Origin: Catajapyx aquilonaris
Taxonomy: Eukaryota
Assembly: GCA_000934665.2 (NCBI GenBank)
Contig: KZ538610.1
Location: forward strand, 1-59,244
Direction of reading: 5' to 3'
DNA length: 59,244 nucleotides
In this document: positions 26,520 through 38,742 of the stretch, piece after piece
Layout of the letters: the number at the start of each line of letters is the position of its first letter
How positions within the stretch are numbered: the stretch's first letter is position 1
Notes under the pieces: generated by a model
What the model was told of the DNA's origin: nothing
What the model saw: the letters and a program-made list of their open reading frames with translations, nothing else
Databases searched by the model: none
Position numbers and translations under genes: made by a program

Positions 26520-26878
26520 TTAAAATTATTTTTTACGTTACCCCGTGATAGGGCCATAGGTCCTTATAGGGGAGTGGAATACCACCATTTTTCCTGCAAT
26601 TTTCTGCTTTTTTTTCTTCTTCTAACTCCGGTGCAAGGATGAAAGGACATGGGATAAGGATAGGGATTTTTTGGGGAGGGAACATAGGTGCAAGTGCAAT
26701 GTCGGTAAAGGGGTCTTGTGCTGTTCCCCAGGAGGTTAGGTTGCCAGACACCTCCAAGGTGCAGGTCAGAGACCCTCCTGACGCAGGTGAAAGGAAAGTT
26801 CCCCAGGCGGGGATCGAACCTGGGGCCTTTCACTCAGCAAGCCGAGACGTTACCATCTCGGCCATCTACACCTCCCCC
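26520..26878 (-). mobile_element. tRNA-derived SINE, family A copy 2
   Basis: The 5' ~160 nt are almost identical to copy 1. A and B boxes present. TSD ctttaatgttt at 26509-26519 and 26884-26894. Confidence 0.92.
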
Positions 26879-27447
26879 TGTAACTTTAATGTTTGGTCTA
26901 CACGCCTTCCTGCAGATGCATAGGCCTATACGTTCTTAGAACTAATTAAGTGTTCATAATAAGGCGTGATAGCTAACAAAATATTTATTACTCCAACATA
27001 CAGCATCTCATGCTTTTCTTGAAAAATGTAGGTTTATGGTAGATGCGGGAGTAGGAAGGAGATATATATTTTTTGTTTTGTATTTCTCTGTCTGGCTTCC
27101 ATGGTGACCCCCCTCACCCGTCCCCTCCCCCATCGAAAAGCCCGTCCCAGTCCCTAAACTCGCCATGCCGACATGACGCAGGGTCGCTATAGTAGTTAAG
27201 AGCTTTGCACTGTAGGCAATTTATCAAATTTCTCTTGGGAAGTATGGAGGTGGGCGGGAATTTTCTCTCCTTTTTCTCTCTGTCGCTTCTCTTCCTCCCC
27301 GCTCCCTCCCTTCCTCCTACATCCCTCTCCACTCATCGACGACGGGCTCATTACATATTCAGGGTTAATTTTCTGTCGCAAAGAGGGTGACAGTATACAC
27401 TGCCAAGAAAAAAGCCGGAAGAAACAGGCAAGAAAAAGTCGCACTGC

Positions 27448-27522
<75 letters not shown>
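27448..27522 (+). repeat. (AAT)25 microsatellite immediately upstream of the NOL4 exon acceptor
   Basis: Perfect AAT run ending 8 nt before the exon start at 27531. Confidence 0.97.
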
Positions 27523-27530
27523 CTTTACAG

Positions 27531-27668
27531 GATGGTTCTGGCAGAGAGAAGCAGGTGTTCAAGAAGGTGGCAGTGGTGGAGAATTTCTTTGACATTATCT
27601 ACGAAGTTCACGTGGAAACTGAAGGCAAAGGTGGAAAGCACGCTGGACAGAAGCGTACTTATAGAGCG
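27531..27668 (+). CDS. NOL4: NOL4/NOL4L homologue, internal coding exon (46 aa, phase 0/0)
   Basis: Bounded by ctttacAG and GTaagt. Translates DGSGREKQVFKKVAVVENFFDIIYEVHVETEGKGGKHAGQKRTYRA, matching the recalled NOL4 motif (R)VAVVEDFFDIIY.MHVE...KHAGQKRTYKA. Absent from the ORF track because it has no start codon. Confidence 0.92.
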
Positions 27669-28611
27669 GTAAGTTAGTCATGTTATATATACGTATATTT
27701 TTAAACGAGTGATTTCCCTCCTTCAAAAAAGCCGATTGGCAGTTAATGTCCAATCGGATCTTCACATGCATTTGGCCGTGTTTTCCGGGGACGAATAGGG
27801 GGGGGAAAAAATCCGGTGTAATTTCGGGACCATGCCCGCGAGCTGAAAACCGCGAAATTTTTCCCTACAAAATGAGATAATGGTATTAACGATCCGCGTG
27901 GCTGATAAAGGGTGCGCCGGTTTTAGAAGCACATTTAGTCGTCATGACTACAGCAGGATCCCCTCCCCCAGAAACGTAACGCAAGCCCCAGCCCTTCCGT
28001 AACTTTATCAATTGAATACGAACCCATCACTCCCTGGTGGCCAGCCGCACTTGTCTGGCAAACATCCAGGCCATCCTACCCCATCTTTTACAAGAAAAAA
28101 AGAGAAGTTACTAGGGAAAAAAATGGTGAAGTGGGAGGTGGGTAGGTTGGTTGGACCCCCTTATTTTTCAAGCCCACGCTGTGTGACCACTTCGCCATTC
28201 CCATGATGGAGGGTGCCCTCGATCTAGGCAAGGCTTGGTGTTGACAAATAAGGCGTTTGCGGGGATTTTTTTTGGCCCAAGTTTCTCCACCTCATACCAC
28301 CCACCTCGGAGCTTTTGTTACAGGATGGGGGCTTCCTTTGCCCTGTATTATTTTTTTTATTTGGTGGTTGTGGCTCATTGGGAAGGCAGCTCTTGCACAC
28401 CTACAAATCATTCTGAACAAATGAAGCCAATTTATAGCGGTTCGAAAGCCTGCATTTCTCAAGGAAGACGCACGTGCCATTGGTTCTTTCTCATCGATAA
28501 CCAAGTTACAGGCTATGTAAGGAGGGTATAATGGTTGGGGTTCGATGCTCGGAACTGGGGGTGTCCATTTTTAAAAATGAGGGATGCTTTTTACTATACT
28601 GGTATGGACAC

Positions 28612-29360
28612 ACCATGGTCTTAGAATACTAAGGTCTGGACACTCCCTCTTATGGCCTGCCGGGCCGTTTTGCATGAGGTGCTCACCTGAGAGCGCCATG
28701 AGACCTGCCACGGGGCTATTATGTGGCGACCCTACCGGACTACGCTGAACTTTATAGGTACAAAAGGGAAGCGCTACATGGGGCCCAACATGGCTGCCGG
28801 CGACCACGTTGGGTCCCCCCAGCCCACGGACACTACCCCTACAGTCTCATCTTATCGCCTGCCGGGGCGTTTTGCATGGGGTGCTCACCCGAGAGCGCCA
28901 TGAGACCTTTCACTGCTGGATTATGTGGCGACCCTACCGGACTACGCTGAACTTTATAGGTACAAAAGGGAAGCGCTACATTGGGGGACCCAACATGGTC
29001 GCCGGTGGCCATGTTGGGCCCGCATGTAGCGGCTTCTCTTCTACCTAAGTTCAGCGTAGTCCTGTAGGGTCGCCACATAATCCAGAAGTGAAAAGCTGTC
29101 CCATGGCGCTCTCAAGTGAGCACCTCATGCAAAACGCAGGTGATAAGTGGGAGTGACCAGACCTGAGTATTCTAAGATCATGGGTCCTCCAATGTAGCGC
29201 TTCCCTTTTGTACCTATAAAGTTCAACGTGGTCCGGTAGGGTCGCCACATAATAGCCTCGTGAAAGGTCTCATGGCGCTCTCAGGTGAGCACCTCATCCA
29301 AAACGCCCCGGCAGGCGATAAGATAAGATTGTAGGGGAAGTGTCCGGGGGCTGGGACACA
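28612..29360. repeat. ~202-bp unit repeat: two direct copies followed by two inverted partial copies
   Basis: atgtggcgaccctaccggactacgctgaactttataggtacaaaagggaagcgctacat at 28721 and 28923, with reverse-complement copies at about 29048-29190 and 29185-29360. Confidence 0.9.
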
Positions 29361-29820
29361 CGGGCGTCCGATATAATAGCGGAAGGACAGGTTGGTAGCC
29401 CTCATTTCTACCACTAGATTAATAAACCTGTTGTTTGCTCGTGTGGAATTCAAAAGCTATAATTATTATGTCACCAAAAATGTCAGAAATGCTATAATCT
29501 TAACACCCAGCCTCCTCACCCATCAATAAAAATGTCCGATTTAACTTGCGTTTTTTGGCACTAACCGCCTTCTTTTTTTTCGAAGCATTGACGTCTTGTG
29601 ATCAAAAAATATTAGTTGCTCACTATATCAGGTTGCATGGACCCTGCAAATGGGTCCGCAACAAATAGGCTCTATCATTGGCGTGCGATGCCAATTGTGC
29701 CAATGGACCATTCCCAATGTAAAATCCATTACAAATCAAGGCTGGAACAGATTATTCAATTTGGCCTAATATACTATCAGAGTATCAGATACAATTGATA
29801 ACCACTAAAGTAACTGCTTT

Positions 29821-29827
<7 letters not shown>

Positions 29828-29898
<71 letters not shown>

Positions 29899-30222
29899 GT
29901 GGGTTAGTGCTCACCCTTTCGGGCATCAGCACAGCCTTTATTTACCAAGTTGTTTACAGTTTAGAACCTTTTTACGAAACGCTCGGGCCCACGGGCGGGA
30001 TGACAGGAGGGGATGTGCAAAGTGCAGTGCATATGCTGTACTAGTTAGGTCATTTTGTGAACTCCCCCGGGTGGATGTGTCTATTGGATATTCCACCCAG
30101 AAACGAAGCCAGAGACGACCCACACTCTGCACGGATGAAGGGGGTGTCCCCGGGTGGGATTAGATCCCGGGACCTTAACATCCGTGGGCGCACACGTTAC
30201 CGCTGCGCCACTCCGTCTCCAC
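29828..30222 (-). mobile_element. tRNA-derived SINE, family C (related to A), with long (TTA)n tail
   Basis: Minus-strand head GGTGGAGACGGAGTGGCGCAGCGG (A box), degenerate B box GGATCTAATCC, ~24x TTA tail, TSD ctgcttttatataa at 29814-29827 and 30223-30236. Confidence 0.85.
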
Positions 30223-30849
30223 CTGCTTTTATATAAGCAGCTTGGTGCCAAAAATGGCTAACCACATTTCAATTGGAACATCCTGGAACTAATACGTAGG
30301 CTATATTTGATCCGAACGGTAGTACAGGACATGGAGGCATCTACCCTAAGTTATAACTGATTAGCAACGGGGATGCACGTTAAAAATACATAATGTAAGT
30401 AGGCTATAATAATATTTGCATATAAATTAATTCGTGGAATCCAGATCGTACGTTGAGGTAAATATGTCTAATAGATTCGGACGTAACATCTCGGCGTGCC
30501 ACTCCAGGTCAACCACCCTTCTTTAGCATGTATTCGCAGTATCTGATCGCATCTGAAATTGAGACAGTACGTCATCCACTGTCTCAGATAAGCACTCATA
30601 AATTACTCATTATGCTACCCTTTTGTTTTACTGTCCCGATTTTCATTCCACGGCAACCTTAAGAGTCATAGAGGTCATCCGTGTCCGTGATGCTGGCAGG
30701 TGGTAGACGTCAGCGTGACGGACCGTGACGTGGACGTCGACAGAGCGTTACCTTATGTTCAGTAGCCGCAATAATATCAGTACATGGTCAAAACATTACT
30801 TTTTGAGCGAAACAGTGTATTACAATTGTCTTTACTTTTCATTTTACAG

Positions 30850-31248
30850 GTGACCGAAACGTACGCCTTCCTTCCTCGTGAAGCAGTGACCAAGTTCCTC
30901 CTGCAATGTACCGAATGCCAGCGAAGGGCCACGGCCAGCGAGCGCAGCAGCGGCAGCGAGTCACCCGCACCGCCTTTGTCACCCAATCAGGGCATGTCCG
31001 CTGCTGTCCCGGACACTGCTGGCGGGACACCCGAAGCTACGTCCATAATAGTAGGCACCTCTGGTGGCACCACCTGGGAGCGGGACAGAGAAGGCCGAAA
31101 GACCGCGCATCCTCCCGACCCACGTCGGATGGAACCACCGGACATCAACTTCAGCCTGCCCATTACCACAACCTACCTCAAACGTATGAGAAGCCTGGGT
31201 TACCCATGTCCAGGCGACGATGACCCCTACCGAATGGAGATTGACCAG
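30850..31248 (+). CDS. NOL4: NOL4/NOL4L homologue, next coding exon (133 aa, phase 0/0)
   Basis: Strong acceptor cttttcattttacAG and donor CAG/GTagga. Translates VTETYAFLPREAVTKFLLQCTECQRR...INFSLPITTTYLKRMR, matching NOL4 YAFLPREAVTRFL..C.ECQKR and D.NMPIT..Y.K.MK. Joins in frame to the 27531-27668 exon across a 3181-nt intron. The 3' boundary is less certain than the 5'. Confidence 0.9.
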
Positions 31249-33268
31249 GTAGGACACATTTCCTGCTGATTTGGTCTGAAAAATGGCGCCGTTTGTTCTC
31301 TACCTCGTTGATGACGCCTATAGCTCCTGATGGATGTGTCGGTCTATGGAAGGGATTTGTTGGGACGACCCGCACAGTAGCGGGTACAGTATTTGTTAGG
31401 ATCAATACATCCCCGGGGCTTTTCGAGGATAAATGTTGTGGGCAGTAATTGAGGGGAGGGCGGGGTAGGGTGTTTAAGCCTGTCGGAACCCGGGTTTCAA
31501 AATCCGAAAATGACCACCGTTGTGCGTGGGACCGTGTGAACATTTCACAGGGTCCTCAAGAGTACTTTTCACCAACACATACAGATCGGGGGGGGGGGGG
31601 GGGGGGGGGNCGGATGGCGGAGGGGGAAGTTGGAAAGAGGGAGGGGGAATCGTTGGACCAAGAGACGAATAGCCTTTCCCCGACGAGCTGGGGCTCAGGA
31701 AGAAAAAGGAACTGGGGAGAAAGACCGGGGGGCGGAGGGGGGGGGGGCGCTTCCGACGTTAGTTGGAGCACAGCAACCCACGATGACGCGCGCCCCCCTC
31801 AATCCCATCTATCGTCTTACTCGCTCCTCCCACAAAACCCCCTCCATCCAACCCCTAGTGTCTACCCTCCTGAATCACTCATTGTAGTTAGTCCATTTTT
31901 TTTTGAATAATTCGGCGGGAAAAAAAAGTACTGACCAGGAGTATTGCTAGGAGTTTACCTAATTAGGACACTGGACGATATCCGCGTCGCTTTAAAGTGG
32001 TGGCAGCGATTCCGCGAGATTCCGCTCGAATTGTTCGCACGCCTCAGGTGGGGCGCGTCAACCGTGCAAATATTTGCGCCGACTCCAGCAAACGCAATTG
32101 GCTTATTACCCCCCAAGTAATCGAACCAATTACCCACGACCGAACAACTTCATTCATCGGGACCTATCCTTTCAACAAACATTTGAAGAGCCTGGAGACT
32201 ACCAAGAGTCCACTTTATACCGACGCCGGACAACATATTCAGCTACCCAAAAATTGCGCGCCAAATCAATCGTATTGTTGAGAGACATAGTATACGGTAG
32301 GGGGGCGGTTATACTGTAGGACAGGGAGAGCCCAGGCGAGCGGAAGACGAGAGAAAAGTCTATATAGCCTAAGTAGATGGCCTAGAGGCATATAGCGCAG
32401 AAGAGCGTAGTTTGTTGGAGGAAGTGGAAGTTTGGAACGAGGGGGGGATGGTGGGAGATGTGGGTGGGTGGAAAGGAGTTGTAGCCTTCAGAGGGAAANC
32501 AACGGTGGGTCGCGGGGTCGCCGTCAGATGGAAGGGGGTGGGAGTGTGTGTGTGTGTGTGAGGGGGGGGGGAGTACTGCCAGGGAGATTAATAGGATCCC
32601 CAGTGCAGATGACAACTTCTCAGGGTTGCGTTGCTTCCGTTATCCAGCCTCTACACCCTGGGTGCAATGTCAATGAGAGGGTGGCAACACTGCAGAGTGT
32701 GCCTATAACCTCCCAACCAATCCCATCAACAATGAAGGGGGATGAACGCGGGAGTTCAACTAGGAGGTGTGACATCACACACCTAAGCTTGTTTGATAGG
32801 TGTGTTTGGTACTAATTGTGGTAACATTGTTTCAATCTGATATTTGAATCATAGAAACCCCAACCCTTACCCCATTCCCTAGTATTCCTTGCACCGGAGA
32901 GCGAAGTAAAAAATTAGCAGAAAACTGATGGTGGTGTGCCACCTCCCTATAACGACTTTAAAAGTTGTATCACGGGGTAAAATAAATAAAATAAAATAAA
33001 TATTTGAATCATAGACAAGCATGTATGCTTCGAGTAATATGGAACTATATACACAATTTAGCTGTTTTCCCCAACTTGTTCCTGCTATATCTTCTGGTGT
33101 CACTATCGCTCACGATATTTATGTCATTAGATGGTTTTTGTTCAGACATGCGATTTGCCCATCAGCAATGTATGTACAGAGTGAGTCAGTGAAGATATTC
33201 GAACTGACGCATTGCAACAGTTGTATTTTCCGAAATAAACAGCTGTAGACAGTGGGAAATGTGATAAT

Positions 33269-33421
33269 TGGAATTGCCACGGAATATTATTATTTTTTGG
33301 CAATTTCCCCAAATTTAAAGGCACCTTATACGTATTTATTATGTATAAGAATAAGGAATCGTGTAACGTGCATTTAAAAAAGGGAAAATGGCAAAAAAAT
33401 AAATATTCGGTGGCAATTCCA
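33269..33421. repeat. Imperfect inverted repeat, probable MITE relic
   Basis: tggaattgccacggaatatt...ttttttggcaatttcccc pairs with gggaaaatggcaaaaaaa...aatattcggtggcaattcca. Confidence 0.65.
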
Positions 33422-33969
33422 GCGACGCGACGGACTCCTGTGTCCTGTCGCTTTAAAAGTACAGCATGACCTTCCGAAAAATTTATGACAAGTAACTGTC
33501 AAGTAAGGAGGGTGGGGTCCACAGATGCAGTGTGACGTACTTTTCAGTGGAAGGACATCAAAAAAAGCCGTAAATCAGCATGAGATAGACGATACTACCT
33601 CCAACGAAAAACCAAAAAACTAAAACGAAAAATCTCCATCCACCGGTTATACGCATGCGCTAAGTACTCCTATTATTCCGTGTTTTAAAAAAAGAAGAAA
33701 CCTACAGTTTTTTGGGGGATCCCAAAAATTGGGTGCAGAGAAACTCCAAAACTCAAAGTATCGATCACGCCTCCCCATCTCCTTTTCCTCCCAAACCCAA
33801 ACTCTCTTTAGGACCGGGTCCGTGAGTGGCTTTTGCGGCGGGGAATCCCCTCAGGTTGGTGGAGATGATGGGACCCTTTTTTTTTCTTTTTTTTCCCTAC
33901 TAAGAGGTCATTGTCGTCGGGGTAAAGGAACTACTTTCTGAGCGCGTTTGGGACTCTGCTGCATTTTTA

Positions 33970-35040
33970 ATGTCTCCTCTGTGACCTCATTGGAGGCTTA
34001 CATTTGCTGGGGTTTTTGGGAGAGGGTGTTGCTTGGAAACTAGTGCGCAGGAAGGCTTCCCTAGGGGAAGAAATGGCTTCTGCAAAAAGGGTATGTAGAA
34101 GTAGGGGCCGGTTTGTGGCAAACAGAGCCGGAAGTAATGGGTAGTGACACCCCGGGGCTGAACACCCAGTGTTGACCTCCCGACAAAAGGGCGACCTTCT
34201 GGAAATAAACATGTTGGCGTCCGACAGATTACATCGGGTCAATGCCTATTATAGGGTTGGCTATTAAAATTTCAAATGATGGAGGAATTGGTCCAGACGG
34301 GAAGTGCAACAGGTTCGAAACCAGTTTTTCCTGAGGAGCTATGTAGCTGCCGTCTGCTTGTTGAAAGAGTATTCTTGGTCAAATCACATAATCGGTCAGC
34401 GACTTTTCCTGCCGGATATTGGTTGTTGACTTGTTGCCCCTGGTAACGCCGTCTTAGGGAACAGCTATTGTTGGTTTAGTCCATGAAAGATACAATCGTA
34501 CAATCCTCAAGCAAAATTCTAAGAAAATCCCTGCTTTGTCACATTCTTTCAGATGCCCCCCCCAAGAAAAAAAACGGGTGTTTGGTTATGAAATGTTTTG
34601 CGAATATAGTGCGTCACAGCTGGCTCGTGCTAAACAAGGGAAAATCAACATTGTGGGAGGAGTGGAGTTAGGGCTGATCGAAAGGGTTCAAAGGGTGCGG
34701 TTAATGAGGATTGTGCCCAGCGGGCCCTTGGACCACTGGTCACGTGGGAGAACCCCCTATGGACCGTTGAGGCGGGGGGAGGGGGGGGTTGAGTTGGCAA
34801 CCCTGCGGACAAGCAGAGGTCTACAACTGAGCACCAGTCTCCCTGGTCGACGGAGTTGCCCAGGCAACCAGAGTCCCCGCTGGTCACAAGTGGAGGGGGA
34901 ATACCGGGTGGACACAAAGGCAAAAAGTAAAAGGGGGGGGGGGGTATGTGACACTAGAGGCGCGGCTTTAGGGAGCCTATGGGGTCCGTGCGGGGTCCGT
35001 GCCTTTGAAGGAAGAAGGGTCTCTGGATGGACCACCACAA
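33970..35040 (-). pseudogene. Decayed LINE RT fragment
   Basis: Frameshifted VTSG-(P)QG..LGTILIN resembles SGVPQGSVLGPILFN, with AFVSTRY upstream and a weak ILIANPII...FQKVAL downstream. Confidence 0.4.
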
Positions 35041-36405
35041 TCTTGCCAGATATAGTCTATTCTCTTCTGGCCCTAATTGGGGTGAATGCACCATTCTTTT
35101 CCCCCCCTCCCCCTCACTCCTTCACTCAGATACAATCCCAGATCCCCCTTCCCCTCCGATGTGACCTGTTTGTCTGACTCCTAGGGTTCTGGAGGGGGCT
35201 TCTAGAGGGGTGGGTTGATCAAAAATTGTGGGTTGTCATACTTGAATTGAATTGGTGAGGGTATGGTCAGTCATGACATACCCTTTACTAATCCATACTT
35301 ACCGGCTATATGTACCATCTCCTGCTCTTAACAATGGTTATGGTTCTGAGTCGGCGAGGAGGATGAGGAAGGTGGGAGCCACAATGGGGGAGCACCCTCC
35401 TCCCCCCCCCCCCCCCNGAACAGGCCTACTGTTATAATATGCCTACAAGGTGTGATGTAGTTTGTGGGTGGATAATGGGAGAGTTTGCGAAGTAGAGCAT
35501 TGCGAGAGGCTTTTAAGGTCAGAAGAGGAAGGAAGCAAGGGAATGGCTGCAGGACCCCGCATCCTTCTTCTTCTTCTCCCCCCCCCCACCCCCTACTATC
35601 GATCTGCGGAAATTGCCGAGGCAATGCCTGGCTCTTGGGTCTAATGTACTTCCTCGTGGTGAGCCTCCAGGTTTCCTCCTTCCATAGCCTTGAGGAAGGG
35701 AAGGGAAAAGGAAAGGGAAGTAATAGATGAATCTATGCATCTACTATTCTACCATCTACCTATTATATGCGCTCGATATGACTATTGCCTGCCTATTCAA
35801 CTTCTTGTCGGGGGGGACTTGTCCTTATACTTTTCGGTTTGTGGAGGCGTGTGTGGTGCTGGGCTGGAGGTGGCAAAAACTGGAATTGAAGGTTACAGTT
35901 TTCAGGTAATGCATGATGGATGTACTGGTCTGTTGATGTTTAGATTGCTAGTGGAATCAACACACTCGCACTCCTAGAATGTGTGTATAGTTCATCAGGC
36001 CAAAGGTCACCTGAAACTGAACACGCTAATTACAGTTAAATGCTACTGAATTTAATATAGTAATATGTGTCACATTTTAAATAGTTTTTATAAAAAAATA
36101 AAATGGCTGCCTACTTTTTCCTCCACGATAGTCGTAGTAAAACAATAGTCATAGTAAAACAAAAGCGTAGAAATGCTCCGAGATGTTGACCAGCATATCG
36201 GATTGACCTACTCTTTGCAACATTGTAGTCTGTCAACACATTTTTTGTCGCTTATTCGTCATGAATAATTTCACATACAGTACAGGATTCACCATACTGT
36301 AGTTGAATTTTCTTTTACACCACGGTTGAATGCTCAAATACAGTACCGCTATTTGTACAGCATTATACATGGGCCTACTGAATATTTCAATTATTGGTTT
36401 CTGGC

Positions 36406-36407
<2 letters not shown>

Positions 36408-36473
<66 letters not shown>
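36408..36473 (+). repeat. (AAT)22 microsatellite
   Basis: Perfect AAT run. It produces the poly-N/I/L/Y ORFs in the track. Confidence 0.97.
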
Positions 36474-36844
36474 TCACTGTCTGCGGGTGGATATTTGCGG
36501 ATGGAGCGGGAAAATCTTGAGAAAATCCACTCCAGTAAGACAGAAAATCCATCGAAACTCTCAACACGGAAGATCCAGCACCAATCAGCGCGCGCAACAA
36601 GGACAAGCACATTCCTCGATGATTGGTGGATCCGAACCACAACAACACCAAAGACAACAACACCCATCTAAACACAGCTTTATCCCCTCGCGTAATTCAG
36701 TGGTGTTTAACCTTGTAATCACACATAATAATCGCAATCAGATGCACACATCACCTTTAAGTCAACTTTAATATTCCTCATACCGCATATGCCCAATTTT
36801 GATATACGCACACGCATCATACTGCTTCATCCCCCCCCCCCCCC

Positions 36845-37187
36845 NNNNNNNNNNNNNNNNNNNNNNNNNNNNNNNNNNNNNNNNNNNNNNNNNNNNNNNN
36901 NNNNNNNNNNNNNNNNNNNNNNNNNNNNNNNNNNNNNNNNNNNNNNNNNNNNNNNNNNNNNNNNNNNNNNNNNNNNNNNNNNNNNNNNNNNNNNNNNNNN
37001 NNNNNNNNNNNNNNNNNNNNNNNNNNNNNNNNNNNNNNNNNNNNNNNNNNNNNNNNNNNNNNNNNNNNNNNNNNNNNNNNNNNNNNNNNNNNNNNNNNNN
37101 NNNNNNNNNNNNNNNNNNNNNNNNNNNNNNNNNNNNNNNNNNNNNNNNNNNNNNNNNNNNNNNNNNNNNNNNNNNNNNNNNNNNNNN
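36845..37187. other. Assembly gap
   Basis: N run flanked by poly-C and poly-G. Confidence 0.99.
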
Positions 37188-38419
37188 GGGGGGGGGGGGG
37201 TAGATCAATAGTCTGGATGGAAAATAGCTGCATTCTCACCCATTTCCTACTCCACACCCATGCTCATCTGCATGAGAAAGGGAGATTCGGTTTCCAATGA
37301 TCATTGCGATGGTTTAATGGGGGCGGGATGGGGGAGATCCCCTCCTGGGGGGTTGGGGGTGGAGGGGGGTAAAGAACCGTTTGGTCAGGGAGTGATCACT
37401 GCGCTTATTTTGGCATTTGATTGGCTTTGATGGCCCGGACCAAAAATGGTGGCACCCGGGTACCATACCCTGCCATTTACCTGATGGAAATATCTCAACC
37501 ATTTTGGACAAATTTGATTTTAAAATGTAACTATTTTAAAAAAATTAATGGGTATTGACAAAGAGACAACTCCGACGGGATTGGATTGATTTGGCGATTA
37601 GGAATATATTGAGTCCTCTTTAGCATGTTGGGAGCAACCTGTCCTGTTAGCTGGCCTCGCAAGTCAGTATAAAGGTGAACTCGAGGGACTACTGCTGGCG
37701 CGTGACGACAACCGGTTAGGAGAAGAGGGGGATGGACTAATGGTCACAACTAAAGGAAGAAGTGCCGCTTCACGCTGGATTATTCTCAGATTTCACTTCT
37801 ACAGATTTTGGCATTCAATCGCTCCCAAAATGCATGATATTGTCACATGTTATGACCATGAAGTTTCAATCCATAAGAAAGTGAGGTATGGCGCAACATG
37901 AGCAATCTCAATATGAAAATAATTATTTTAGGTAAGGCAGTAAAAAAATACTGTTTATTCATGTGCAGTTCGTGTACAAAAATAACCGCTTTGAAACTGG
38001 AAGCCCCGTTGTGAGGATTCGGTGTTATTATTTTTTGTACCTGTATATGTACTGAGGATGCGTGCAAGTGTTTCTTACAAAAATAGAACAATGTGACAAA
38101 TATACAAGGAGGCGGTTATGAGAGTGCATCTACCTTCCCCAATTTCTTTTCCTTGGTTACCAATGGCAACGACCACACAAAAAAAGGGACCCTCAATGTG
38201 ACAAAAAAGCAAAAAGGAAATGGCGTTGGGGATCCGGTTAGGCGTGGCTTTTACACCACTTCGCCTCTACACAAAGGTGCTAAGGAGAAGACCTTCTCAC
38301 CCACTCCACCCCTGATAGCTAGCTACTCCATATACTATCGCACCCCATGTCATTGCCCTCCCCACTTCACCTATACACTTACAGCCACATTAAAATAATT
38401 AGTGAAATTTTATGCATAT

Positions 38420-38742
38420 TTTTTAATTTTTAATTTTACCCCATGATAGGCCTCCATAGGTCATTTTGGGGGGTGACACACCACCATCAATTTTCTGATT
38501 TGTTAACTTCAATCTCCGGTGCAAGGAATCAAGGACATTAGGTAAGGTCGTAAGGATAGGGATTTTCGCGGAGGGGACAGGGGTGCAGGTGCAATGTCTC
38601 AAGTTTGGGCCATGTGCAGTCCCCCGGGAGGTTAGGTTGCGAGACACCTCCAAGGTGCAGGTCAGAGACCCTCCCGACGCAGGTGGAAGGGAACTCCCAG
38701 GCGGGGGCCGAGACGTTACCATCTCGGCCACCACACCTCCCC
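38420..38742 (-). mobile_element. tRNA-derived SINE, family A copy 3 (B box deleted)
   Basis: Homologous to copies 1 and 2, with a 16-bp TSD gaaattttatgcatat at 38404-38419 and 38743-38758. The segment atcgaacctggggcctttcactcagcaa is missing. Confidence 0.9.

Noticed and set aside
30784..31269. 161-aa ORF as a standalone single-exon gene
   Set aside because: The first 22 codons run through a polypyrimidine tract and acceptor, and homology starts exactly at the AG. It is an internal exon.
34536..35177. 213-aa + strand ORF as a gene
   Set aside because: No convincing domain and low complexity. It overlaps a better-supported decayed RT on the minus strand.
36233..36771. ORFs with poly-L/N/I/Y tracts (also 27365-27595)
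   Set aside because: These are translations of (AAT)n microsatellites.
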